Of a DNA stretch of 64,000 nucleotides, positions 1 to 9,863 are shown piece after piece. The stretch is from an uncultured Fibrobacteria bacterium (GTDB taxonomy: Bacteria; Fibrobacterota; Fibrobacteria; UBA11236). Both the position numbers and the translations under genes were made by a program. The notes under the pieces are model-generated. The model saw only the letters and a program-made list of their open reading frames with translations, made no database searches and was not told the origin of the DNA. The stretch is taken from positions 192,001-256,000 of the forward strand of contig OY970309.1 in assembly GCA_963716395.1 (NCBI GenBank). Direction: 5' to 3'. How positions within the stretch are numbered: the first letter of the stretch is position 1; every line of letters starts with the position of its first letter.

Positions 1-1001
1 CCGTGTGGTTTTCCACACCTTGCTTCAGACGCATGCCCGCCCGCGCGAGGCCGCCGATCACATCCTCTTCCCGGTAAACCGCCATGGTTTCCAGTGCCGC
101 GGCCAGCGAGGGGCACTCGGCGCCATGGGTGGTCGAGAGCAGAAAGACCCGGTCGCCCTCGTAATCCAGCCCTCCCAGCTTCATCACCTCGCGGCGGCCC
201 ACCAGGGCGGAAACGGAAAAACCGTTGGCGATGGCCTTGCCGAAGGTGCGCAAGTCCGGGTCGACGCCGTAAGTGCGGGCCGCTCCACCCAAGTCCCAGC
301 GAAATCCGGTGATCATCTCGTCGAGAATGAGGAGGGCTCCATGCCTCCGGCAGGTTTCCTGCAAAGCCGCGAGAAATCCCGCTTCCGGCTCCACAAAGGT
401 GGCCGGTTCGGAAATGACGCACGCGATGCGGCCGGGGTGGCGCCGGAAAAGTTCGTCGACGCTCTCCAGATCATTGAAGCGGAACTTGACGGTCAAAGCG
501 CGGATGGCGTCGGGAATGCCGGCGCTCATGGGGGTGGAGCCGATGAACCAGTCGTCGGTGGAGAAGAAGGGGTGATCGGCGCATAAGGCGACCATGTCCC
601 GGCCCGTATAGGCGCGGGCCAGCTTTACCGCCGCCGTGGTGACGTCCGATCCGTTCTTGGCGAATTTCACCATCTCGCCGCCGACCAGAGCGAGCAGGGC
701 TTCGGCGCACTCGACTTCGATGGGAGCCGGCCGGGTAAAATTGTTGCCCAGCAGCATTTGCCGATAAACGGCTGCGAGGATGCGGGGGTGGGCATGGCCG
801 AGCGAAACCGCCCGCAAGCCCATGCCGTATTCCACGAACTCATTTCCGTCGGCGTCCCAAACGCGGCAGCCCTTCTCCCCGTGCGATGAAACCCGGGGCG
901 TTCACCGGAAATTGATCGTCACCCTTGGCGTAGGTATGCGCCCCGCCCGGGATCAATCGATGGGCCTTTTGCCGCCAAGCGTCGGATGCGGAGAAGTTCA
1001 T
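1..1001 (-). pseudogene. Glutamate-1-semialdehyde 2,1-aminomutase-like class III PLP aminotransferase of polysaccharide clusters; apparent 1-nt frameshift near 870; 3' end runs off the window
   Basis: Hand translation from ATG at 1001 gives MNFSASDAWRQKAHRLIPGGAHTYAKGDDQFPVNAPGFIARGEG. After one extra base it continues CRVWDADGNEFVEYGMGLRAVSLGHAHP...KFAKNGSDVTTAAVKLARAYTGR...LILDEMITGFRW...PDLRTFGKAIANG (PLP Lys). Absent from the ORF track. The shift could be a sequencing error. Confidence 0.8.
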
Positions 1002-1014
1002 AGGACCACAGAAA

Positions 1015-2379
1015 TCATATTGTTTTTATCGCGCCGGCCGGTTCATTCATCTTTTCCGCGGTTTCCGCCAGCAAACTCTTCGCCACCAAAAAGTTCTTGG
1101 CCCGAAGCACGGTAGCAAACGGCATGTTCGCCCTTTCGGCGATGTCGAGCAAGGTGTGACGGCCATCGCAAAGATTCAGAACCCAGAGCAAGGCCATCTG
1201 GTCCACGCCCACGCTTTGCATTCCCCCCACCGATCCGTACAACCCGCGTCGGCCCAATTGCGGCTCGCCTTTGGGTTGCAGGTTGAGATAACGCCGGTTC
1301 TCTTCCAGCACGGCGAGGATGCGGGCGCAAACCAGCACGGAGTCGGCCAGCAACTCCTTGCGTACGAAAGTGAGATGGTCCGCCGAGGTGTGGTATTCGG
1401 GATATTCTCCATGCGGCGTGCGCGTCAACCTTCCCACGGGCATATCGAAACCGGGTGAGCAATACTGCCGTTCGTCGTAGCCGTAGGGGAAAAAGTCGAT
1501 CAGGCGGCCGGGGACCGGGTCACGCGCCAAGACATGCGCGGCCACCAAGTCGATCTCGGCATCGCCCCTGCGACTGCGCTTGTAGGTCGCTAAACCGGGA
1601 TTGCCCAGCCCGGTCAGGACCAGGCCATGGCGAATGTGGGGCACTTGGCTTTCATTGCGGCTGAGCCAGGTGATGGATCCGATGGTTCCGGGTATAAAGA
1701 GAAAGCGGAAGCGATGCCGGCGCTCGACCCGGGACAGCAGATCGGCCAGGGTGACGGCCGCCGCGATGCCGCTCAGGTTGTCGTTGGCGAGAGAGGGATG
1801 GCATACGTGGGTGGAGATCAGGATTTCCCCGTCGTCTTCGCTTTCGCTTTCGCCCGGCAACCGGCATTCGCCGTAGGTGAGGCTCCCCTCCCGCAAGGTG
1901 CTGTCGATGCAGACCTCGTAATCGCCGGGAAGCAATTCCAAAAGCTGCCGGTGGGAAAGGCAGAACCCCCAATCTTCGCGATAATAAGACGTGCGGTAGG
2001 GAATCCAATCGGGATGATCGGGCAGCGTGAACAGATGCGGCTTGAGCGCCTCAAGGGAAAGGGTTTGGCGCACGGGGATGCTGTAGTTCACCACATGCAG
2101 ATTCGAGGCCGCGAAGTCGATCACCTTGCGTCCGTCCGGCCCTTTGACCCAGGCGTCGCGGATATTCCATTCCTTGGGGACCGACCAATCCAACACCGGA
2201 GTGCCGCTGGCGACTTCCTGCATTTGCAACGGGATGCGCTCCCCAACGGCCCGCAACGTGGCGCGCACGCCCTCACCGGTGATGGATCGGCAAATGGGGA
2301 ACAGCCGTGCCATCAAGGCCAGCATGTCTTCCGCCATCGCTGCGGGATCCAGGTTTTCGACGGCTTCGAATAGTTTCAT
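1015..2379 (-). CDS. DUF4910-family M28-like aminopeptidase-fold protein with C-terminal winged helix
   Basis: Motifs RSITGEG, HVCHPSLANDNLSG, GYDERQYCSPG, EYHTSAD and C-terminal GEPQLGRRGLY. ATG at 2379 overlaps the upstream stop (ATGA). Confidence 0.85.
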   Translation of the reverse strand: MKLFEAVENLDPAAMAEDMLALMARLFPICRSITGEGVRATLRAVGERIPLQMQEVASGTPVLDWSVPKEWNIRDAWVKGPDGRKVIDFAASNLHVVNYSIPVRQTLSLEALKPHLFTLPDHPDWIPYRTSYYREDWGFCLSHRQLLELLPGDYEVCIDSTLREGSLTYGECRLPGESESEDDGEILISTHVCHPSLANDNLSGIAAAVTLADLLSRVERRHRFRFLFIPGTIGSITWLSRNESQVPHIRHGLVLTGLGNPGLATYKRSRRGDAEIDLVAAHVLARDPVPGRLIDFFPYGYDERQYCSPGFDMPVGRLTRTPHGEYPEYHTSADHLTFVRKELLADSVLVCARILAVLEENRRYLNLQPKGEPQLGRRGLYGSVGGMQSVGVDQMALLWVLNLCDGRHTLLDIAERANMPFATVLRAKNFLVAKSLLAETAEKMNEPAGAIKTI

Positions 2380-2903
2380 GGTTTCCAATCCGGATAGGAT
2401 TGATCGCGCTCGGAAATGACCGACACCGCCAGCGGCCACCGGATTCCGAAAACCGGGTCATCCCAGCGAAGGCCGCGATCCTGTCCGGCGGCGTAGAATT
2501 CGGACATCTGGTAAAAGACTTCGGTCCCGTCTTCCAAAGTCTGGAAGCCGTGGGCGAATCCCTTGGGCACGAAGAGTTGGTTGCGCTTGGCGGCCGCGAG
2601 CACGACCGTCTCATGCCGGAGGTAGGCCGGAGAGGCCGGACGCAAATCCACGATCACGTCGAAGAGGGATCCGGCCACGGCCCTTACCAACTTGGCCTCG
2701 GAGGCGGGCTCCTGATAGTGCAGCCCGCGCAAGGTTCCTTTTTTCGCATTGTAGGAGATGTTGCACTGCGCCACCGAAGCCTCAAGGCCCCGTGCGGCGA
2801 ATTCACGGGCGCAAAAGGAACGGGCGAAAAAACCCCGCGCATCGCGCAATTCGTCGATTTCGATCACATAGGCGCCGGGCAGCGAAGTCTCTTGGAATCG
2901 CAT
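2376..2903 (-). CDS. rfbC: dTDP-4-dehydrorhamnose 3,5-epimerase family (cupin)
   Basis: DARGFFAR, GTLRGLHYQ, VDLR, VPKGFAHGFQTL, WDDP..I.WP. Confidence 0.92.
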   Translation of the reverse strand: MRFQETSLPGAYVIEIDELRDARGFFARSFCAREFAARGLEASVAQCNISYNAKKGTLRGLHYQEPASEAKLVRAVAGSLFDVIVDLRPASPAYLRHETVVLAAAKRNQLFVPKGFAHGFQTLEDGTEVFYQMSEFYAAGQDRGLRWDDPVFGIRWPLAVSVISERDQSYPDWKP

Positions 2904-3002
2904 GTCCCGTCCTTAGAAATTCGCCGCGCATCCGGCCCCGCGAACTCTTTGCCTGCCGCTCTCGCCGTCGGTTCGGTTTTTATGCCTTCTCATCGCGCGC
3001 CG

Positions 3003-4259
3003 TTATTTCTCGATGGTCATGCTGGGGATGGGAACCATCCATTGGCCGCCCCATTCCCGGATGTACGCGGTTTGGGCCATGATTTCATGCTTCAAATTCC
3101 AGACTCCGAGGAAGAGGAAGTCGGGTTTGGTTGCACGCAAGCGCGACGGATCATACACCGGAATACGCGAACCCGGCAACAAATGCCCCTGCTTATAAGG
3201 ATTACGGTCAACGGCGTAGTCGATGAAGTCGGTGCGGATGCCGCAATAATTGATCAAGGTGTTGCTTTTACCCGCAGCCCCGTATAGTGCGATGGATTTA
3301 CCGTTGCGCTTTGCGCGGATCAAGACTTCGAGAATGCGGCGCTTGGTTTCCTTCACCTTTTCGTTGAAGGCCAGATAAACCGGCAACGCCTCAAGGCCGG
3401 CCTGGGATTCGCGCTGCTTGAGGGCGGCAACGGACGGCGCTACCGGATGCGCGGAAGATTCGGCATGGCGCCCGAAAATGCGCAGCGAACCGCCATGGGT
3501 GGGCCATTCGTCCACGTCGAACAACACCAGACCAAGGCTCGCAAACACCTTTTCCACCACGCCGAAGGAGAAGTAGGAGAAATGCTCGTGGTAAATGGTG
3601 TCGAATTGGTTTTGCTCCATGAGCCGAAGCAAATGCGGGAATTCAAAGGTGCAGATGCCGTCGGGTTTGAGCAGGCGTTTCACGCCTTTTACGAAGTCAA
3701 GCAAATCGGGAACATGGGCCAGGACATTGTTGCCGAGCACAAGATCGGCCGGGCCTTCGTCAGCGGCCAGGCGTTCGGCCAGCGCAGCGCCGAAAAATTC
3801 GACGACGCTGCGAACGCCTTTTTCGCGGGCCTTGGCCGCCACATTGGCCGCGGGCTCGACGCCCAATACCGGGATACCGCGTTGCACGAAATATTGCAGC
3901 AAATATCCGTCATTGCTGGCGATTTCCACAACCTGGGAGTGTGGACCGAGTCCGAAGCGCCCGCACATCATCGCCGTGTACTGTTCGGCATGCTGGAGCC
4001 AGCTCTCTGAAAAAGAACTGAAGTAGGCATACTCGGAAAAAATCGCGGACGGGTCCACGAATTTTCCCAGTTGCACCAGTAGGCATTGTTCGCAAACATA
4101 CGCGTGCAGCTTGAAAAACGGCTCGGCCAGATGCGCCTTGGCGGGATCGATTTGGCTTTGGCACAGCGGCGACGTGCCGAGATCGGCGAAGGAATGCCGG
4201 AGCGGCACGCCGCAAAAGCGGCATGGATCGGTGGATTCGGAAAACGCGGATACGGTCAC
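3003..4259 (-). CDS. NDP-hexose C-methyltransferase (SAM-dependent, N-terminal zinc-binding domain)
   Basis: CRFC...CEQC zinc motif, VEIASNDG, NNVLAHVPD, FDTIYHEHFSYF, THGGSLR, YGAAGK. Confidence 0.9.
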   Translation of the reverse strand: MTVSAFSESTDPCRFCGVPLRHSFADLGTSPLCQSQIDPAKAHLAEPFFKLHAYVCEQCLLVQLGKFVDPSAIFSEYAYFSSFSESWLQHAEQYTAMMCGRFGLGPHSQVVEIASNDGYLLQYFVQRGIPVLGVEPAANVAAKAREKGVRSVVEFFGAALAERLAADEGPADLVLGNNVLAHVPDLLDFVKGVKRLLKPDGICTFEFPHLLRLMEQNQFDTIYHEHFSYFSFGVVEKVFASLGLVLFDVDEWPTHGGSLRIFGRHAESSAHPVAPSVAALKQRESQAGLEALPVYLAFNEKVKETKRRILEVLIRAKRNGKSIALYGAAGKSNTLINYCGIRTDFIDYAVDRNPYKQGHLLPGSRIPVYDPSRLRATKPDFLFLGVWNLKHEIMAQTAYIREWGGQWMVPIPSMTIEK

Positions 4260-4377
4260 GGGCGGGCCTCGGAGTGCGAACCCTGCCGGGATGGGCAGGC
4301 CTTACTTGCGGCGGGCCCTTTCCGCGTGGGGAAACGGCAGGCAGAAAGGGAAATGAAAAGCGGACGGCAGGAAAGCA

Positions 4378-5064
4378 TCAAGGATTGGTGTGTACCTGGC
4401 CGTCCACAATCAAGTAAGTGAGATAGACCGTAAACACCGAGGCGGTGACGGCGGCGAGCTGCGCCACCACGTCGAGCGTTTGGCGGAACGCATACCAGAA
4501 GCCGCTGTTCGGATTGGGAACCGGAATCACGAAGATGTCGCCGGATTGGACGCCGGCGCCGCGTAGCGTGGTGCCGCGCGAAAACTCGTCGAGCAAACTG
4601 ATATTCAGGGGTTGCGAACCGCGGTACACCTTCCATTTGTCCAGATTCACTTCGCCGGCCGGGCCGCCGACAAGGTGGCAGGCCTCCCACACCGAAGCCT
4701 CGGGGCTGACGTAAACCATCGACGGGTGCTGCCAGTATCCCAGCAGGGTCAGACGTATTACAGGAGTTACTGTTACATGAATGTCACGCAAGTAGGGCGC
4801 GGCCTGCTTGGAGATGTAGTCGGCGACATCGCTCGCCCTCTGGTTGTGGATGTAGAGCCGGCCCAGGACGGGAAGGGTCACATAGCCGTCGGCATCGATG
4901 GGGAAGGCGCCGTTGAAGACGGAAGCCGTGTCGAGCGGCACCTTGATCAGAATGGTTTCGCCCGCTTTGAAGGTGCTGTCGTCCCCGGAAGGGTTCGCGG
5001 GCGGCGCGACGGGGGCGGAAAAGACGCTGCAAACCACCAGAGCCAGTATCGCAAATACTTTCAT
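4378..5064 (-). CDS. Polysaccharide biosynthesis/export protein (Poly_export plus SLBB domains)
   Basis: Signal peptide, IDADGYVTLPVLG, AGG-like SLBB turn, GDIFVIP and a C-terminal helix. Confidence 0.8.
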   Translation of the reverse strand: MKVFAILALVVCSVFSAPVAPPANPSGDDSTFKAGETILIKVPLDTASVFNGAFPIDADGYVTLPVLGRLYIHNQRASDVADYISKQAAPYLRDIHVTVTPVIRLTLLGYWQHPSMVYVSPEASVWEACHLVGGPAGEVNLDKWKVYRGSQPLNISLLDEFSRGTTLRGAGVQSGDIFVIPVPNPNSGFWYAFRQTLDVVAQLAAVTASVFTVYLTYLIVDGQVHTNP

Positions 5065-5173
5065 AAATCCATCCCTGGCCCCGATGGCGCCACAGCGGAA
5101 CCAACAGGAAAATTATAAGTCCTCCGCCTTTCCCTTCCAAAGCGCCGCGAAAACGGAATCTGACGGCGCGGGT

Positions 5174-6232
5174 TCATGCCGGAAGTCCCGGGCGGATTCG
5201 AGCGCCCCACCAATTCGCCCAACTCACAGGCATTTTCGACCAAAGCAAGGCAGCCGAGCGAAGCCGGGAAGCGGCGGCATGCGCCACCGCGCCGCGGGGA
5301 GTGCCGCGGTCATCGAATTGATACCAATACAAAGGGTGTTCTTCGGCCAGCCATTGCTTTTTGAATTTATACGTGCCTTCATCCCGCGTACTGCGACCCA
5401 AATCGACCCACAAAAGGCCGCGTCCGATGGCCGCGCGGATGGCGTCATAGTACAGCGCATTGTTGGGGCAATAGAGCCGCTCGGCGCGCAAGGTCGAGGC
5501 CCAGGGTATCGCCAAAGTTTCGTTGCGTTGCAGGCGGATCAATCCTCCGACGCAGCGCCCCTTCCGATAGGCCGTCACGATCTCGCAACCCGGAATCCGG
5601 GCCAGCATCTCCGCAAAAAATTTCCGGGCATGCACCGGCGATCCCAAGTCGCGCATATTGATCCCGAAGACGCGGTAGAAGTCGTCGAGCAATTCCGCGC
5701 CGCCCGTGCGCAAAGTCACGTCGGATTTTTCCGCCTTGCGCACTTGATTACGAACTTTAGCATCCAGGGCTTTCCAATAGCTTTCCTCGGTTTTGCCTGC
5801 GAGGGGAATGCGCATGAGAACCTTGGAATTATCCGGAGCCGACAGGGAAGACAGCGCCGCATGCGAACGCAATTCCAAACCGTATCCGGCGCTACCGATT
5901 TCGCGCAACAAGCCGGCGAGCAAAGCCTTTTCGGCTTCGGCATCGGTCGCCAGCGGCCCGCCGAAATCGAGATAGGGCAATGCCACGGCAATTTTTCCCG
6001 AAAGCGGGCCGCGAAAAAATATCAGCGCCGCGATGGCGCGGCAACGACCGACCTCGTCGCGAACGATAAAAATACGGAAACGCTTGCGATACGCGGCGGC
6101 GAAAACCTGGAGCCATCCGGCTCCGTGGCAGTAAGTCGCCCCCGATTCCGACGACGCCTCGTCCCAGGCACGCAGTCCCGCCTCGGGGTCGGGGGATTCG
6201 AAACGAAAGGCGGAACTCAGTGCGGGCGCCAC
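5174..6232 (-). CDS. FemAB-like GNAT protein of EPS/PEP-CTERM-type loci
   Basis: LPYLDFGG, KVRNQVRKAEK, NMRDLGSP, PNNALY, DLGRS, GTYKFKKQW. Confidence 0.85.
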   Translation of the reverse strand: MAPALSSAFRFESPDPEAGLRAWDEASSESGATYCHGAGWLQVFAAAYRKRFRIFIVRDEVGRCRAIAALIFFRGPLSGKIAVALPYLDFGGPLATDAEAEKALLAGLLREIGSAGYGLELRSHAALSSLSAPDNSKVLMRIPLAGKTEESYWKALDAKVRNQVRKAEKSDVTLRTGGAELLDDFYRVFGINMRDLGSPVHARKFFAEMLARIPGCEIVTAYRKGRCVGGLIRLQRNETLAIPWASTLRAERLYCPNNALYYDAIRAAIGRGLLWVDLGRSTRDEGTYKFKKQWLAEEHPLYWYQFDDRGTPRGAVAHAAASRLRSAALLWSKMPVSWANWWGARIRPGLPA

Positions 6233-8364
6233 TCGGGGGTCGGATTGGCTACACCCACTTTGCCGCCGTTATTCGTATACGCCGGAAATTCTCCGGTTCC
6301 CATGTCAGCAAGGTAGGTGGAATTGAGGGCCGCAGTATCGGAGTTCTCGAACAGGCCGGCGATGGAAAGAGAATTTTTCCGCAGCAATGTTTTCACCCGG
6401 CGCGTGTTCAAACCCTCTTTGATCGAAGTGAAAGCGTAGCGATGCAACAGGCGATCGAGCTTCCATTCCGTGGTTTCCATGTTGACGTAATGCTGAAAGG
6501 TTTTTCCCAACCCTACGAACAGCCGCTTTTGACCCGCATCCAATTCCCAAGGATGCAGGTAAACCATGGCCGGCAATCCGTGGCCGTTGGCCCGGGAAAT
6601 GAACGCTTCGGTGAGGCGGCTGGGATACAGGCGGAAATATCCGCCTCCGGCCACCGGCATCAGCCGGTTTCCCATCTTCATAGTCGACATGGGTAGTTCG
6701 GTCAGCGTTCCTCCGTTCGGCAACTGCAAGGTGTGCGGATACCGGAACGGGTAATTGCGGATGCCGTAGCGTTTGCGGGCAAAGGGGAAGATGCTGGAAT
6801 CGTATTCGATGCCGTTGCGTTCCAGTATTTCCAAGGCCCAGAGCGTGTCCTTGACCACGGTGAAATTCGAAGCGCGGTGTCCGCGGATTGGTTGCGAAGT
6901 ATGACGGCTTAACGCCTCCAGCGATTGCTGCAAATCGCGTTCGAACTCTTCGGGCGTCATGCCGGTGACCAGGCGGTGATAGTGGCCATGGGTGGCGATT
7001 TCATGGCCTTCCGCCGCAATCCAGCGCACGATTTCGGGGAAATGATCGGCAATCCACCCCAGAACAAAAAAGGTGGCTTTGGCTTCATGGTTGCGCAACA
7101 ACCCCAACAACTTTTCCATGTTTTCATGGATGCGGTAGCTTTGCAAATGCCAGGTGCTGGCCGGCGTCTTTTCGGCGAGGTTGTAGGCATGGAACCAGCA
7201 CTCGACGTCGATGGTCAAGAAATTGCGGATGGGCGGGTTGTATTGCAACTCGGCCACGGTTTCGAGGCGGATTTCCCGCAGGATTTTATGGACGAAGCGG
7301 TTGGGGCAAATCACCCACAGCCGTCCCCCGCCCTGCTTCACCTTATGGGCCAACCCGAGCAAAAGACCCATGTACTCCAAATCCAAATGCTCCTTGGTGT
7401 GTACGAAAATTTCCGGGCAGCGGCGGCCGGATATATCCAGACAGTCCAATTTGTTGGCCAACTCGAATGGATCGGTTCCAACCATGATGCGCGAGCTTTC
7501 CGATTTGCTGAAGCTCACCGTAACTTTGGCCGGTTGCTGCGCCGAGGCGAGCGCGCGCGATTGGAACGGCAATAGCTTGGCGCGCCGCAAACCGACCAAA
7601 TCCCGGGTCACGCCGTTGACATTCGGCCGCTGCAACAAATAGACCAAGGTATTCCGGAACACCCACGCTTCCATCCGGATCCAGGAATAAAACCCGGAAA
7701 ACGAAGCGCGATACGAAAGGTCATAATGCGATTTGCGAATCACGCTTTCTTCGGATTCGTCATAGCCGAGAATGATTTGCGCCAGACCTGTGAGCCCGGG
7801 TTTGATCAAATAGGTGCGATCCGAATAATAGGGCAAATCCCTTCCGTATTGGCTGGTATAATGCGGCCGTTCGGGGCGCGGCCCAATCAGGCTCATCTCG
7901 CCCCGCGCCAAGTTCAAAAACTGGGCCGTTTCGTCGAGATGCAAAGCGCGCAGCCATTTTCCCACGCGCGTCACGCGCGGATCACCGGTGGTGGCGCACA
8001 ATTTCGGGCCTTGCGCTTCCGCGTCCGTGCGCATGGTGCGGTATTTGTAAATGTGAAAAGGCTTTCCCCCCAAATCCTCGCGACGGCGGTCACTTTCAAT
8101 TCCATCGGGAAGGCTGCCATTGCGCTTGCGATTGCGCCGATTGATGCCGATGCGGAGTTGGGTGTAGAGGAGCGGCCCCTCGGAATCCAATCGAATGGCC
8201 GCGGCGATCCACGGGTAGGTCAGCCCCATGAATAAGAGGCCCCCGGCGGCGCCGATGGCGTCGAGCGTGGCTTTCATCAGCAGCACGCGCACCGACGGCC
8301 GCATATCGGGTTGTTCCAGACGGGTGATTTTTTTGCGAGCGAATTTATCGATGGAATCGTTCAT
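6217..8364 (-). CDS. Fusion of a priming sugar (phosphoglycosyl) transferase, a STAS-like linker and an XrtA-type polysaccharide deacetylase (DUF3473)
   Basis: N-term YKYRTM, DPRVTRVG, LDE, GEMSLIGPRPER, KPGLTGLAQ. Middle GGRLWVICPNRFVHKIL. C-term TIDVECWF, ATFFVLGW, HEIATHGHYH, GGGYFR, YLHPWE. Start at MNDSIDK (8364) is uncertain. Confidence 0.85.
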   Translation of the reverse strand: MNDSIDKFARKKITRLEQPDMRPSVRVLLMKATLDAIGAAGGLLFMGLTYPWIAAAIRLDSEGPLLYTQLRIGINRRNRKRNGSLPDGIESDRRREDLGGKPFHIYKYRTMRTDAEAQGPKLCATTGDPRVTRVGKWLRALHLDETAQFLNLARGEMSLIGPRPERPHYTSQYGRDLPYYSDRTYLIKPGLTGLAQIILGYDESEESVIRKSHYDLSYRASFSGFYSWIRMEAWVFRNTLVYLLQRPNVNGVTRDLVGLRRAKLLPFQSRALASAQQPAKVTVSFSKSESSRIMVGTDPFELANKLDCLDISGRRCPEIFVHTKEHLDLEYMGLLLGLAHKVKQGGGRLWVICPNRFVHKILREIRLETVAELQYNPPIRNFLTIDVECWFHAYNLAEKTPASTWHLQSYRIHENMEKLLGLLRNHEAKATFFVLGWIADHFPEIVRWIAAEGHEIATHGHYHRLVTGMTPEEFERDLQQSLEALSRHTSQPIRGHRASNFTVVKDTLWALEILERNGIEYDSSIFPFARKRYGIRNYPFRYPHTLQLPNGGTLTELPMSTMKMGNRLMPVAGGGYFRLYPSRLTEAFISRANGHGLPAMVYLHPWELDAGQKRLFVGLGKTFQHYVNMETTEWKLDRLLHRYAFTSIKEGLNTRRVKTLLRKNSLSIAGLFENSDTAALNSTYLADMGTGEFPAYTNNGGKVGVANPTPEWRPH

Positions 8365-9130
8365 GGGAGAACCTTTCCGCATACGCCGACAAAACACTTT
8401 GGTTGTATGGAAATTTTTTATCACAACCGGAAGTAACGCCCAGGCTTCCAAGGTTTGTTTTAGGGTCAGGGCACATCGCCGATTTTCTTTCCTGGCTATT
8501 CGCGCTTTTTAAAAATCCGGGAACCAATACTAAAAAAATTTCGTGGTCTAAACCTTTACTAGACTTTAGTTTATTGTCGTCATAACAAGAATTTGACCTT
8601 CCGCCATGAGGTCGTGAAATTCCGCAAAGAACGCAAGGAAATTCATTGCCGTCCAAAAATTAGTCCTTCATTTTTATCGTTTTCTGATCGGCAATTCCAC
8701 TTCGCACTGACAAAATCATAGCCGTCCGAATCGTGCGGTAAGTTACCGCAAGGTTACTCATCGGTTTCCCGCAACCCACCGAAAACGGCGTGGCGGCGAA
8801 GCAAGCGTCGTCAAGCATATCTTGTGGCCTTGGACGTCACGGAATCCCGAATGGTAACCGAAGTTACCCACCCGTTTCCGCGGGGGGAGAATCGCCTCCC
8901 GAAGCGGAGATGGCAATGCAGTTAAACGCTCCGTGTCGAGCTTGGATACGGGCCAAAAACGCGGGAACTGAATTATCGAGCGTCGCGCCCACGCGCAGAA
9001 ACAACGGGGAGAGGGCTGCCACCCCGTAAGATTTTCCAAATCGCCCCGAACTTGCTTTTTTAATGGGGAACAGACCCGATTGCGATTCCGACCTTATCAC
9101 CTGGGTTGTCCGAAATGGGATTGACTGGCG

Positions 9131-9847
9131 ATGGTTTCCTTCATCCTTCCCGCGCACAACGAAGAGCACTATCTCACAGCCACCCTCCGCGCGGTGCAAG
9201 CTTCGGCCGAAGCGTTGCAACTGGATTACGAAATCGTCGTGGTCGACGATGCGTCCACCGACGCAACCGCGGCTCGGGCCCAGACCCTGGGGTGCCGTGT
9301 CGTCGCGGCGAACCTGCGCAAAATTTCGGCCGTGCGCAACGCGGGCGCGCGCGCGGCCGGTGGCGAGTGGTTGGTTTTCGTGGATGCCGACACCACCGTG
9401 CATTCCGCCCTCATCGGCCAAGCGCTGACCGCCCTGCGTGCCGGCGCGGTGGGAGGCGGCGCTTCCGCGAAATTCGCAGGCCGCATTCCGGTCTATGCCC
9501 GGTTGCTGACGGCCGCCTTGAATCGTTTCTCCCGGATTTTTCACCTGGCCTACGGTTGTTTTCTGTTCTGCCGGCGCGATGCCTTCGAAGCCGCAGGAGG
9601 GTTCGACGAGTCGCTCTATGGCGGCGAGGAGTGGGCCTTGAGCCGCGCGCTGAGGAAACAGGGACGTTTCGTGATCCTGCCCGCTACGGTCGTGACTTCG
9701 GGCCGGCGTCTGCGCGCCTATTCCGCGTTCGAAATTCTGCGCATCTTCGGCGGCCTGGTGCTCGGCGGTACGCGGGCCGTGCGCCGGCGGGATAAAACGG
9801 CCATGTGGTATGAGCCGCGCCGGACCGATCCGGATCGCACGGGTTGA
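9131..9847 (+). CDS. Glycosyltransferase family 2
   Basis: SFILPAHNEE, VVDDASTD, RNAGA, FVDAD, GGFDE, TSGRR. Confidence 0.9.
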   Translation: MVSFILPAHNEEHYLTATLRAVQASAEALQLDYEIVVVDDASTDATAARAQTLGCRVVAANLRKISAVRNAGARAAGGEWLVFVDADTTVHSALIGQALTALRAGAVGGGASAKFAGRIPVYARLLTAALNRFSRIFHLAYGCFLFCRRDAFEAAGGFDESLYGGEEWALSRALRKQGRFVILPATVVTSGRRLRAYSAFEILRIFGGLVLGGTRAVRRRDKTAMWYEPRRTDPDRTG

Positions 9848-9863
9848 AACCCGCCGGCGCCTC

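Noticed and set aside
2913-2993. 26-aa minus-strand ORF MRRHKNRTDGESGRQRVRGAGCAANF between the methyltransferase and rfbC
   Set aside because: No clear RBS or start/stop overlap; probably chance.
8452-9130. Possible c-di-GMP riboswitch or hidden gene upstream of the EPS operon
   Set aside because: I found no GEMM core motif by eye, and the ORFs there lack coding character. An Rfam scan would be decisive.
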